Assembly (NCBI RefSeq): GCF_002945325.1 | Contig: NZ_CP026606.1 | Coordinates: 1,650,001 to 1,682,000, forward strand | Length of the DNA stretch: 32,000 bases | DNA from: Methanococcus maripaludis | GTDB taxonomy: Archaea; AGJL01; Methanococci; Methanococcales; Methanococcaceae | Direction: 5' to 3' | Part shown: positions 18,422 to 28,192 of the stretch, one piece after another | Numbering within the stretch: position 1 is the first letter of the stretch | How the letters are laid out: the number at the start of each line of letters is the position of its first letter | Translations under genes and position numbers: made by a program | Notes under the pieces: generated by a model | Seen by the model: the letters and a program-made list of their open reading frames with translations, nothing else | The model's database searches: none | What the model was told of the DNA's origin: nothing

Positions 18422-20350
18422 ATGAATATTGACAAGTTAAAACAAAAAATATTATCAAAAATCTCAGAAAAAGAGCTTGAGAAAAAAGTAAATGAAAAAA
18501 TCGAGGAAAATTCCGGACTTCTTGGTGAAGAAAGTGCAGTAATGCTAGTTGCACAGGAACTCGGGATAGAAATAACTTACGGCGACGATGAAGAAGAATA
18601 TGATTTTTCGATTAAAGATATCGCTGACGGGCAGAAAAATGTTGAAGTCACAGGAAAAATTATTGAAATTTCACCTGCAAAAGACTTTAACCGAAAAGAT
18701 GGAAGCACTGGAAAACTTGCATCAGTTACTATCGGGGACAATACTGGAATTACCAGACTTACGCTTTGGAACGACAAAACGGATCTTATTGAAGGCTTAA
18801 AAAAAGGGGATGTTGTAAAAATTGAAAATGCATTTAGCAGAAAGTGGAATGACAAAGTCGAATTAAACAGCGGTTCAGAATTATCGATTGAAAAACTTAA
18901 AAAATACGATGAATCGAGATATCCTATTTTAAAAGATAATTATAAGATTTCAGAATTAATGCCGAATTTATCAGGAACAATTAATGCAGAAGTTGTTGCA
19001 GCATATCCTAAAAAAGAATTCAGCAGAAAAGATGGAACAAAAGGTCAGCTAAAATCTTTATTTTTAAAAGATGATACAGGAAGTATAAGGGGAACTCTCT
19101 GGAATGAACTTGCAGATTTTGAAGTTAAAAAAGGAGATATCGCAGAAGTAAGCGGTTATGTAAAACAGGGTTATTCCGGACTTGAAATTTCTGTTGATAA
19201 TATTGGAATAATTGAAAAATCCGTTAAAGAAGAAAAACCTGTTGAAAAATTGAGTATTTCTGAACTTACAAGCTTTGATGGAGAATACGTTACAGTTTCT
19301 GGAAATATTGTTAACATTTCAGGTTCAAGAGAAGTTAAATTTAGTGACAGAACTGCAGAAGTTCAGGATATTTACATAAACGATGGAACTGGAATGGTAA
19401 AAACTGCATTTTGGGGTACAAACAGGAGTATTCTTGACGGCTTAAAAGAAGGAGATTACGTAACAATCTCAAATGCTAAATTAAGAACCTACACTGATAA
19501 TACTGGTGAAAAAAGGGCTGATTTAACTTATAACTACATGTCAGAACTTAAAAAAGACGAAACTGCAAGTAAAAAAATATTAGAAGAAATAACCGAGATT
19601 AAAGATATTTTGAATGGAAGTGCAGACAACTCCGATGTAACAGTTGTTGCAATGGTTACAAATGCATATCCTGTAAATGAGTTCCAAAGAAGCAGCGGTG
19701 GAACTGGAAAAGTTAGAAATATTATGTTAGAAGATGGAACTGGAAGCATAAGAATGGCTTTATGGGATAGTGACGCAGAAACCGAAATTTCCGAAGGAGA
19801 TGTTGTAAAGCTAATACACGGGTATGCTAAAGAAAGCGGAGAATACATGGATTTATCAACCGGAAGGTTTGGAAGAATCGAAGTAAATCCAAAAGGAGTT
19901 TCAATAAAATCCCCTAGAAATTATATCGCAGACCTTGAAGAAGGAGTTTCAACCGAAATTAACGGAACTATCGTGGACTACCGAAAACAAGATGTAATTC
20001 TTAATTTATGTCCAAACTGTAGAAAAAGACTGAATCTGGTTGATAATAAATACCTGTGCGAAGTTTGTGGGGAAGTTGAACCAAATGAACTTCTGGTTTC
20101 AAATTTAACAGTTGATGATGGTACAGGCGTTATTAACTGTAGGGTATATGGAAATAATGTTGAAAAAGTAACTGAACTTTCAAAAAATAAATTAAAAGAA
20201 ATGAATATGGATGCACTTGCAGATGTGCTTGGAAAAGATGTTTTATTCTATGGAACCCCTTCATTTAGAAATGATGACTTGGAATTTGCAGTAAAACGGG
20301 TTAATTTCGTAGATGTATCAAAAGAATTGGAAGTTTTAAAGCAACTTTAA
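18422..20350 (+). CDS. rpa: Replication protein A (single-stranded DNA-binding protein), four tandem OB folds plus a zinc-finger OB fold
   Basis: 642 aa. There are four repeats of the pattern F.RKDG..G.L.S..L.D.TG.IR.TLW...A......GD.V......... (for example KDFNRKDGSTGKLASVTIGDNTGITRLTLWND and KEFSRKDGTKGQLKSLFLKDDTGSIRGTLWNE). A C-terminal unit contains CPNCRKRL-X9-CEVCG. This is the same architecture as the Methanocaldococcus jannaschii RPA. Confidence 0.92.
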   Translation: MNIDKLKQKILSKISEKELEKKVNEKIEENSGLLGEESAVMLVAQELGIEITYGDDEEEYDFSIKDIADGQKNVEVTGKIIEISPAKDFNRKDGSTGKLASVTIGDNTGITRLTLWNDKTDLIEGLKKGDVVKIENAFSRKWNDKVELNSGSELSIEKLKKYDESRYPILKDNYKISELMPNLSGTINAEVVAAYPKKEFSRKDGTKGQLKSLFLKDDTGSIRGTLWNELADFEVKKGDIAEVSGYVKQGYSGLEISVDNIGIIEKSVKEEKPVEKLSISELTSFDGEYVTVSGNIVNISGSREVKFSDRTAEVQDIYINDGTGMVKTAFWGTNRSILDGLKEGDYVTISNAKLRTYTDNTGEKRADLTYNYMSELKKDETASKKILEEITEIKDILNGSADNSDVTVVAMVTNAYPVNEFQRSSGGTGKVRNIMLEDGTGSIRMALWDSDAETEISEGDVVKLIHGYAKESGEYMDLSTGRFGRIEVNPKGVSIKSPRNYIADLEEGVSTEINGTIVDYRKQDVILNLCPNCRKRLNLVDNKYLCEVCGEVEPNELLVSNLTVDDGTGVINCRVYGNNVEKVTELSKNKLKEMNMDALADVLGKDVLFYGTPSFRNDDLEFAVKRVNFVDVSKELEVLKQL

Positions 20351-20351
20351 C

Positions 20352-20365
20352 TTTTTTATTTTTTT
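20352..20365 (+). terminator. Oligo-T terminator after rpa
   Basis: The TAA at 20348-20350 is followed by cTTTTTTaTTTTTTTc. Confidence 0.55.
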
Positions 20366-20456
20366 CAAATATTGGATAACGTATATATATTTAGATTTAG
20401 ATAGTAAATAGGGCGCATAACTCAAGTGTTTTTATTTTTATTCATTTTAACAGTAA

Positions 20457-21047
<591 letters not shown>

Positions 21048-21099
21048 TCTATATATATTTTAACTTTTTTAATATTTATTATGATAAAGGGGAAAAAAC

Positions 21100-21696
21100 A
21101 TGTTTGAATCTATTTATTCCGCATTTTACAATGCATTGGATGCGATTTTTTTACCTATGGTACAAACAATGGATCCTGCAATTTTTATATTTGTAACTGC
21201 TCTTTTAGTATCTTTTATTATTAATTTAGCAACCAAAGTATTAGTAAATCAGGACAGGATGGCAGAACTGAAAAATGAACTTCAAGAATTTCAGGTAAAA
21301 GCAAAAAAAGCATCAAAAGATCCTGAATTAATGGCTGAACTTCAAAAAGAACAGCAAAAAATGATGACAATGCAGATGGAAATGATGAAAATGAGTTTTA
21401 AACCCATGATTTACACCTGGGTTCCAATAATCATCATATTTGCTTACTTAAGACACGTATACGACTTTGGTGGAATTTACCACACAATGCAGCCTGCATG
21501 GGATGGAGCTATAGTTCAACTTCCAGTAATCATTTCAAAAATAATTTTTATTGGAATCTGGCACTGGATTGGCGGAATATTCTACCACGGTGGATTTGGC
21601 GTAGTTTCAAGCACAGTTCTTGGATGGCTTGGATGGTACATCATGTGTTCAATGGGAACGTCAATGGTACTTAGAAAATTAATGGGTATCAAATAA
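21100..21696 (+). CDS. DUF106 / EMC3-TMCO1-like membrane protein (archaeal YidC/Oxa1-like insertase candidate)
   Basis: 198 aa. TM1 is followed by a cytosolic coiled-coil hairpin rich in K/E/M/Q ([48 protein letters not shown]) and then further TM helices. It sits directly after adkA, as MJ0480 does after MJ0479 in M. jannaschii. Confidence 0.75.
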   Translation: MFESIYSAFYNALDAIFLPMVQTMDPAIFIFVTALLVSFIINLATKVLVNQDRMAELKNELQEFQVKAKKASKDPELMAELQKEQQKMMTMQMEMMKMSFKPMIYTWVPIIIIFAYLRHVYDFGGIYHTMQPAWDGAIVQLPVIISKIIFIGIWHWIGGIFYHGGFGVVSSTVLGWLGWYIMCSMGTSMVLRKLMGIK

Positions 21697-21810
21697 ACGC
21701 CAAAAATAAATTATTATATCTTATTTTTAAATTTCTCTTTTTAGAACTTTTTTTAATTTATGATCTAAAAACATATCTAAAAAAGATAGAATTTAATGAT
21801 TTAAAAGAAT
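21697..21810. terminator. Convergent intergenic region with oligo-T tracts on both strands
   Basis: The plus strand has cttaTTTTTa, ctcTTTTTa and acTTTTTTTa. The minus strand has tcTTTTTTag and tgTTTTTag. The region lies between the convergent DUF106 gene and the 119-aa gene. Confidence 0.5.
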
Positions 21811-22170
21811 TTAAAGATAATAATCGACGATAAAATAAAACAAAACACTAATTTCATCCATTTCTTTAAATTCGAAATTTGGAATATTATTTTCTGTTGG
21901 ATTGAAGCAATCCTCACTTAAATTTTTAAACAAAACTTCAACTTTAATGTTTTCTGGAAGATTTTCTTTGAAATATTTGCTTTTTGAAATAATCTCTTCC
22001 ACTATTGATTTAACATCCGAAGCACTGAATTTTCCGTCATGTTCGGGAATGTACGTAATTTTTGTTTTTAACTTTTCTCGAGTTTCAAAAGTCATCCAGA
22101 AATCTCCAAAATCCGTTTTTGGAATTCTGTAGTCTTTTATTTCAAAACTTCTCTGAATTGTATTTTTCAT
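21811..22170 (-). CDS. Hypothetical protein (no recognisable family)
   Basis: The ORF track starts at a TTG (22185). The first ATG is at 22170 (MKNTIQRSFEIKDYRIPKTDFGDFWMTFETREK...). The gene is downstream of and co-oriented with the NFACT gene, with a 72-nt gap. Coding status rests on ORF length and orientation only. Confidence 0.5.
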   Translation of the reverse strand: MKNTIQRSFEIKDYRIPKTDFGDFWMTFETREKLKTKITYIPEHDGKFSASDVKSIVEEIISKSKYFKENLPENIKVEVLFKNLSEDCFNPTENNIPNFEFKEMDEISVLFYFIVDYYL

Positions 22171-22257
22171 GAAAACCAACTTCAATAATTTTTATTTAGT
22201 TTCATCTTTAATTTGGGGATTAATATGCCTTATGATTTGAATTTAAAAAATTAAAAA

Positions 22258-24300
22258 TTATTTTAGTTTTATTTCGGTCTCTCCTGGAGGAAGTGCCCTT
22301 AAAATATCTTCATCATCGACCTCAAAGTCACTAAATTCTTTTAAAAGCTCTTTTACAAGGTCGCTCTTTTTTAATTTTCCAGGTTTTAATAATATCCATT
22401 TTTCAAAAGTTTCTTTTGCAATCGATTCAGGGGCAGTAGTTAATCTTAATTTTCCATCGTAATTTAACGTACCGATTCCAAGTTCAAGCGCAGCACTTCT
22501 TATGAAGTTTCTTTTTCCGCGAATTACAAAAGCTCCTTTTTTTAAGTATTCTCCACTTTCAGCAGTTTTTGAAATCTGGTCTGGTCTTACCCAGTAGACA
22601 TCTGCACTTCCAATTCCAAGTTTCCATGCTCTCGAGTGCGACGCTGCAAATTTTGCAACTTCAAACATTATATTTTCATCAGGTATTTCTTCAGAGCCTT
22701 CTGTTCTAATTATTGTAAATGGTGCTCCTTCCATAAGCGTGTGAAATACTATATCGTTTTTTTCAACATATCTTTTAATCAGCATCTCGTTTGTTGTTGC
22801 ATCCTTTCCTGCAACAATTAAATATCCGCCGATAACGGTCCATTTCAATTTTTCGTACCATTTCAGTACTTTTCTTTCCTTTTTCTTAATATTTTCTTCT
22901 TTTTCTTTCAATACTTCTGAATCAAGTTTTTCTTTATCCTTTAACTCGGCAAGTTTTTTTTCAGAAATTTTTAAAGCTTCAATTACTCCTTGAACTTTAT
23001 TTTTAAATTTCTTTGATTTCTGGTAAACTATATCTGCATTTTCAAAAGCATTTTTTCTTAAATCTACTGGTACGGTGTCCTCAATAAGTCCATTTCCGTA
23101 GTCAGCAGATAGTTTTAGAGTTAATTCTGCATTTTTTTCATTCACATTTATTATTTTACTTAAAATCGGGTGGGTTTTATTTTCTTTAATGACATTTTTA
23201 ATGCCATTCCAGTCCATTTTTTCTCTTGCATCTTTAATTGTGCTTACAATTTCATCTACAAGAGAATAATTTGCATAAATCAAATCTCCACGTTTATGGT
23301 TTGAAACGGATTGTTTTTCGTATTTGTCTTTGGTATCAAGCTGGCTTTTTAATATACGCTCCTGTTTTTTCACGAGTTTTTGTAATTTTGATTCAGCCTG
23401 CTTAATCTCTTTTTTCATGATAAATCTTGAGAAATATTCATCAAGCGCAGTTAAAAAACTTTCATAATGTTTTATTTCATTTTCTTTTAGATTTTCATGT
23501 ATTTTTAAATCAATCGGGTCGATATTCACAAATTCTCCATTCTTAAGTGTAGATTTTGGTTTTAGTTCGCCAAATACTTTTTTAAAGAACGATTTTGATC
23601 CTTCAAAGAGTTTTTCAATGTCTTCGTTTTTTGGATTCTTCAAATTTTTATCAATTTCTGAATTTAGACAGATTTCTTCCGAATAAACTCCAGCAAGTCC
23701 AAAAGTCCTTGAAATTATTCTTACAGCTTCAGTATCTTTGTTTTCTTCCTTTTCAAATTCTTCTAAAAACAATTTCTTAGCAAGAGAATAATCTAGATTT
23801 TTTGGATCGAGGTCCTTTTGAGGCGGGAATTTGTAAATTTCTTTTGGAACGATTTTTCTCGTACTCCACCTTTCAATTTTTAACGGGAGAATAATTTTAT
23901 CTTCACTATCGAGGAGTATTGCGTTTCCGTCTCCAAATAACTCGATAATCAGTTTATATTTTAATTCATTCCATTCAAAATTGAAAATTATAATCCTGTC
24001 AAAGTTATGCTGGGCAACACTAGTTATTTTAATGTTTTTCAAATGTTTCCTAAGCAGCATTACAAAAGAAGGAGGATTTCTTGGTTTTTCTCTTTCGTAT
24101 TCCGTAAGTGTTATGTATTTGTATTTTCCAAGGCCTATTGCAATTTCTCTTGAACCGATTTCAGGAATATGTACTTTTAAAATTAATTCCTTTCCGTCCT
24201 GATTATTTACTAAAAAAGCCTTGTCCAATTTTCCGTTGATTACATTTTGAAGTTCAGATACTGCGGCACTGATATCAACGTTTGTCATCTCTGTTTTCAT
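22258..24300 (-). CDS. NFACT-family protein (Rqc2/NEMF/RqcH-FbpA homolog, DUF814-containing)
   Basis: The track ORF starts at a TTG (24315), but the ATG at 24300 gives MKTEMTNVDISAAVSELQNVINGKLDKAF, a typical NFACT-N start. The middle is a long coiled coil. The C-terminal NFACT-R/DUF814 region is ...WYEKLKWTVIGGYLIVAGKDATTNEMLIKRYVEKNDIVFHTLMEGAPFTIIR... Confidence 0.85.
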   Translation of the reverse strand: MKTEMTNVDISAAVSELQNVINGKLDKAFLVNNQDGKELILKVHIPEIGSREIAIGLGKYKYITLTEYEREKPRNPPSFVMLLRKHLKNIKITSVAQHNFDRIIIFNFEWNELKYKLIIELFGDGNAILLDSEDKIILPLKIERWSTRKIVPKEIYKFPPQKDLDPKNLDYSLAKKLFLEEFEKEENKDTEAVRIISRTFGLAGVYSEEICLNSEIDKNLKNPKNEDIEKLFEGSKSFFKKVFGELKPKSTLKNGEFVNIDPIDLKIHENLKENEIKHYESFLTALDEYFSRFIMKKEIKQAESKLQKLVKKQERILKSQLDTKDKYEKQSVSNHKRGDLIYANYSLVDEIVSTIKDAREKMDWNGIKNVIKENKTHPILSKIINVNEKNAELTLKLSADYGNGLIEDTVPVDLRKNAFENADIVYQKSKKFKNKVQGVIEALKISEKKLAELKDKEKLDSEVLKEKEENIKKKERKVLKWYEKLKWTVIGGYLIVAGKDATTNEMLIKRYVEKNDIVFHTLMEGAPFTIIRTEGSEEIPDENIMFEVAKFAASHSRAWKLGIGSADVYWVRPDQISKTAESGEYLKKGAFVIRGKRNFIRSAALELGIGTLNYDGKLRLTTAPESIAKETFEKWILLKPGKLKKSDLVKELLKEFSDFEVDDEDILRALPPGETEIKLK

Positions 24301-24596
24301 AAAAATCTCTTCCAAATTCCAGATTATAAATTTTTTAAAGAATAATAATTATCTAAATTCTATATGTTTTATCACGGTAATATTCATGTATTTTGACGAT
24401 TACACGTTTATCATAGTATATAAACAAAATATATTAAGATATACGTAAAAGGTGTAACCATCTGAGAAAGAAGTTTACTTTCAAGATAAGTAAAAATTAA
24501 AACTTTACAAAAAAGAATCTAAGAAAACTGGGATTTAATAGTTTTTAATAGCTTAAATTTTTCAATATTTAAATTAAGTTCCGATTTATTGTAATT

Positions 24597-24824
24597 TTAA
24601 AAAATAAGTTCCAGAAATGCAATTCCAAGTATTGAAACAACTATGAAAAATCCCAGTAAGACATTAAGGTCGTGAAATAATTCAAGTATATATTCATTTT
24701 TAAATCCAAATGCCTGAAACACGTTTAAACTTATAAGAATTGAAAACATCACTACAATAACAATAAAAAACATGTAGGAAATATCTTTTTTGAAATATCT
24801 TTTTATTTGAGAATCAATAGCCAT
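24597..24824 (-). CDS. Small predicted membrane protein (2 TM), orphan
   Basis: 75 aa with two hydrophobic helices (MFFIVIVVMFSILISLNVF and VLLGFFIVVSILGIAFLELIF). It has an ATG start with a weak AAAGGGT SD. No family was recognised. Confidence 0.45.
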   Translation of the reverse strand: MAIDSQIKRYFKKDISYMFFIVIVVMFSILISLNVFQAFGFKNEYILELFHDLNVLLGFFIVVSILGIAFLELIF

Positions 24825-25004
24825 ATTAACCCTTTTTCGTCCCGATTAACATTCGAAACAATATTTATTTGATAATATATTTTATTTGCGATTTAATTAA
24901 ATAATTAGGCCATTAATATATTAAATATCTAAATATCAAAACAATGGAAATTTAATATTTTGATAACTTCAACATTTTTAAATATATTCTTGAAAATAAG
25001 TATA

Positions 25005-25031
25005 TTGGGACAGAACTAATTATTTTGGGAC
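25005..25031 (+). promoter_or_regulatory. Direct repeat TTGGGAC-N13-TTGGGAC in the leader/promoter of the wHTH orphan
   Basis: TTGGGAC occurs at 25005-25011 and 25025-25031, a 20-bp register of about two helical turns. The first copy is about 26 nt downstream of a TTTAAATATAT TATA-like box (~24978-24988). A GGGAC also occurs on the opposite strand at 24837-24844. Confidence 0.25.
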
Positions 25032-25054
25032 TTTAAATTTATTTTGGTGTGAAA

Positions 25055-25606
25055 ATGGATATGGATGAACTTCAAAACTCTATTTTAGAAAAAATGTATT
25101 CAGAATACCGTAAAGGGAATATCGGCCTTCAAAGAAAGGATTTTAAAGAAGTAGAACCTAATGACCAAAAACTTGATAGTGCATTTAAAACTTTAAAATC
25201 AAGCGGATACTTAGAAATCAAGTCAAGAGTTCATACAACAATTGGTATTTTTTACATCGTGACGCTTTCTAAAAGTGGAATGGCATTTATTGAAAATTCA
25301 AAACATTTTAAAAACAAATTTCAAGATTTTGACCCCGTAATTCGTGATGACGATATTATATTTGGAATGGGAAGTGAACATGTAATTACAATATTGCCAT
25401 TTAAAAGAGTTTATGATGAAATTAATAATAAAAATCCAGAAAACCGGATTGAAATTGTTAAAAACGTTCGAATAATTGAAAAAGAACTTTCAAATGAAAT
25501 AATTAACAAATCAAATGTAAAGACTGCACTAAATCATCTTAAAAATAATGCAAGCTGGATTTTGCCGGGCGTTTTTGGTTCAATAATTGCAATGTTTGAA
25601 AAATAA
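25055..25606 (+). CDS. Orphan protein with an N-terminal winged-helix (YjcQ-like) domain
   Basis: The track starts at a GTG (25049). A GGTG SD at 25046-25049 is correctly spaced for the ATG at 25055. The N-terminal ~85 aa (ILEKMYSEYRKGNIG...LDSAFKTLKSSGYLEIKS...IVTLSKSGMAFIENS) has a wHTH pattern. The C-terminal half is unassigned and ends in a hydrophobic tail, WILPGVFGSIIAMF. Confidence 0.55.
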   Translation: MDMDELQNSILEKMYSEYRKGNIGLQRKDFKEVEPNDQKLDSAFKTLKSSGYLEIKSRVHTTIGIFYIVTLSKSGMAFIENSKHFKNKFQDFDPVIRDDDIIFGMGSEHVITILPFKRVYDEINNKNPENRIEIVKNVRIIEKELSNEIINKSNVKTALNHLKNNASWILPGVFGSIIAMFEK

Positions 25607-25712
25607 TTCTGACGTTTTTATAAAGCGTGTTAAAAAATAAAATTACGATATATAATTTACGATATGATAACAATAGTAATCATTAATACATGATATGGGA
25701 TATATTCAAATA

Positions 25713-25841
25713 TTGTGTGGGAACGCCAAAACCGTTGGATTTAATTTGGGGATACTAAACAATATCTTTGGATAATTATTTTTGGGTTGACTTAAAAGTG
25801 AAATATTTATTTCACAACCTATATTCCCACACAAATTTTTT
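25713..25841 (+). ncRNA. Candidate structured small RNA (or MITE-like inverted-repeat element), class unknown
   Basis: A perfect 11-bp terminal inverted repeat, TTGTGTGGGAA (25713-25723) and TTCCCACACAA (25824-25834), encloses internal hairpins: CCAA-aaccg-TTGG (25725-25737) and GTGAA-atatttat-TTCAC (25798-25815). A T6 run follows immediately (25836-25841). The element lies in a 330-bp non-coding gap. Confidence 0.3.
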
Positions 25842-25938
25842 GGTATGCTTTTTTAAATAAGATTTAAAATAATTTTCAAGAATAAAAATTTTTAAAGTAT
25901 ATTACAATCTGATCGGCCCGATAAAAAAGATAACTTTC

Positions 25939-26124
25939 TTATTTTCCTTTTTTTAACGTATTGGCTAAATAAAGTAAATATATGCAGAATACTAAACATA
26001 AAATACCCATGATGGGATTTATATATGCAAAAACCAGTGCAGATATCGGAAATCCTAAAAAAAACGTTATTGCAATAATTATTTCCCCAAGAGTTTTTCG
26101 ACCTGCGTTTTTAATAAGTCCCAT
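25939..26124 (-). CDS. Small predicted membrane protein (2 TM), orphan
   Basis: The track starts at a GTG (26133). The ATG at 26124 is preceded by a GGGGTG SD 7 nt upstream, giving MGLIKNAGRKTLGEIIIAITFFLGFPISALVFAYINPIMGILCLVFCIYLLYLANTLKKGK with two hydrophobic helices. Confidence 0.55.
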   Translation of the reverse strand: MGLIKNAGRKTLGEIIIAITFFLGFPISALVFAYINPIMGILCLVFCIYLLYLANTLKKGK

Positions 26125-26347
26125 GTCAAACACCCCAATTTTTGTTGAATTTTTAAACTAAGTTAGGTATTTTAAATTATATTCAAAATAAATTCCTTTT
26201 AATTAGCAGGGTACTAAATAAAAAAACATAATTTTAATAAACAGTACCTTTTTTCGTGTTTAATTATATATATTTAAAAGCCATGAATATATGTTATTGC
26301 AGATATGATTTAAGAACTTAAAATAGAAACACAAGGCGAGGCAGATT

Positions 26348-28048
26348 ATGGACGTTGAAAATTTGATAATAACGACCTTAAAAGATAAAGTAAAGGAATT
26401 AACCGGAAATGAGATGGATATAAGACTTGACGAACCGCCTGCAATAAACTTAGGGGATTACTCAACAAATATTTCATTTAGGCTTGCAAAAGAGTTAAAA
26501 AAAGCTCCAAAAATGATTGCAGAAGATATTGCAAATTCATTAAGTATTTTGGGAATTGAAAAAATTGAAGCTGTAAATGGATACATTAATTTTTTCATGA
26601 ATTATTCAGACTTTTCAAAAGAAACAGTCTCAAAAATAACTTCTGAAAAAGAAAACTTTGGAAAACTTGAAAAAAGAAATGAAAAAGTAATTTTGGAGCA
26701 CACTTCCGCAAATCCAAACGGACCTTTCCATATTGGTCATGGAAGAAACATGGTTATTGGGGACAGCTTAAAAAGAATACTCATTGCATCAGGATATGAT
26801 GTAGAAACGCAGTACTATGTAAATGACATGGGACGGCAAGAAGCAATCGTTGTTTTTGGAAATGAAAAATTTGAACTCGACAAATCTAAAAAAGCAGACC
26901 ATGGAATTGGTGAAGTTTACGTTGAAACAAACAAACTGCTTGCAGAAAACGAAGAACTCGAACAGGAAATTCTAAATTTAATGAAAAATTATGAAAGTGC
27001 CTGTGAATCAGGAATTGAAAACGAATTAACTGAAAAATTTAAAAATGCAGTTAATTATTCATTAGGCGGATTTAAAGAAACACTTTCAACACTAAATATC
27101 TACCACGATAAATTTGTCTGGGAAAGCGAATTTGTAAAAAGCGGGATGGTAAGGGAAGTAATAAACCGGCTGATGAATACTGGAAAAGTTGTTGAAGATG
27201 AAGTTTACAGGCTCGACCTTTCAGATTACGGAATCGAAAAAAAGCTTGTTTTAGCAAGATTAAATGGAACAAGTCTTTATTCAACAAGAGATATTGCATA
27301 CCACATTAATAAAATGGAAAACTGCGACTTTGCAGTTAATCTGCTTGGAGCAGACCACAAATTAACCGCAGTAATGGTTAACAAGACGTTAGCACTTTTA
27401 GGATACAACGAAGCTGAAGTTGTATTTTACGAATTTATTTCGCTTCCAGAAGGCTCAATGAGTACGAGAAGAGGTAGATTCATCAGTATGGATGAACTCT
27501 TTGAAGAAGCAAAATCAAGAGCTGCTGAAGAAGTTAGAAAAAGAGGCGTTGCACAAAGCGAAGAAGAAATCGAAGAAATCGCAAAAAAAATTGCGGTTGG
27601 TGCTGTAAGGTACAATATTGTTAGAATTGCACCCGAAAAACCAATGGTATTCAGGTGGGATGAAGCACTTGACTTTGAAAAAGTTGGATGTCCGGTTATC
27701 CAGTACGCTCATGCAAGATGTTCAAGAATTTTAGAAAATGTCGAAAATATTTCCAATGATAATTTATTTGCATACGAAATGAATGAAAATGAAAAAACAA
27801 TTGTTAAGTTGCTTTCAAAATTACCAAAAATCGTTGAAAAAGCTGCAGAAGTTAGAAAACCTCAGATTGTTGCAAATTACGTGCTTGACATTGCACAAGG
27901 TTTTAACAAATTCTACGCAAACTGTCCAGTTTTAAAAGAAGAAAACGAGACAGTTAGAACTTCAAGACTCGCAATTGTAAGTACTACAAAAACAGTTTTG
28001 GAAAATACACTCGATCTTTTAGGTATTGAAATGCCCGGAAAGATGTAA
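26348..28048 (+). CDS. argS: Arginine--tRNA ligase
   Basis: 566 aa class I aaRS. The HIGH motif reads [17 protein letters not shown], the KMSKS-equivalent is GSMSTRRG, and the C-terminal anticodon-binding DALR-type domain is present. Confidence 0.96.
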   Translation: MDVENLIITTLKDKVKELTGNEMDIRLDEPPAINLGDYSTNISFRLAKELKKAPKMIAEDIANSLSILGIEKIEAVNGYINFFMNYSDFSKETVSKITSEKENFGKLEKRNEKVILEHTSANPNGPFHIGHGRNMVIGDSLKRILIASGYDVETQYYVNDMGRQEAIVVFGNEKFELDKSKKADHGIGEVYVETNKLLAENEELEQEILNLMKNYESACESGIENELTEKFKNAVNYSLGGFKETLSTLNIYHDKFVWESEFVKSGMVREVINRLMNTGKVVEDEVYRLDLSDYGIEKKLVLARLNGTSLYSTRDIAYHINKMENCDFAVNLLGADHKLTAVMVNKTLALLGYNEAEVVFYEFISLPEGSMSTRRGRFISMDELFEEAKSRAAEEVRKRGVAQSEEEIEEIAKKIAVGAVRYNIVRIAPEKPMVFRWDEALDFEKVGCPVIQYAHARCSRILENVENISNDNLFAYEMNENEKTIVKLLSKLPKIVEKAAEVRKPQIVANYVLDIAQGFNKFYANCPVLKEENETVRTSRLAIVSTTKTVLENTLDLLGIEMPGKM

Positions 28049-28055
28049 ATTAAAG

Positions 28056-28070
28056 TTTTTATCTTTTTTT
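28056..28070 (+). terminator. Oligo-T terminator after argS
   Basis: The TAA at 28046-28048 is followed by attaaagTTTTTatcTTTTTTTatc. Confidence 0.55.
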
Positions 28071-28192
28071 ATCTTTAATTTTTTAAATTTTACTCGGATA
28101 TTTGTGGAAAAATCGTTGTACTGAATATTTATATTAAATAAAATAGATATTAAATTCTCATTTTACAATCATTACAAAAATTCAGTGAAAAA

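Noticed and set aside
26210-26254. A hairpin (GGTACT ... AGTACC) followed by T6 upstream of argS, as a possible sRNA 3' end or attenuator.
   Set aside because: The stem is only 6-8 bp with a 27-nt all-A/T loop, and no upstream plus-strand transcription unit ends there. It is more likely chance complementarity within the argS promoter region.
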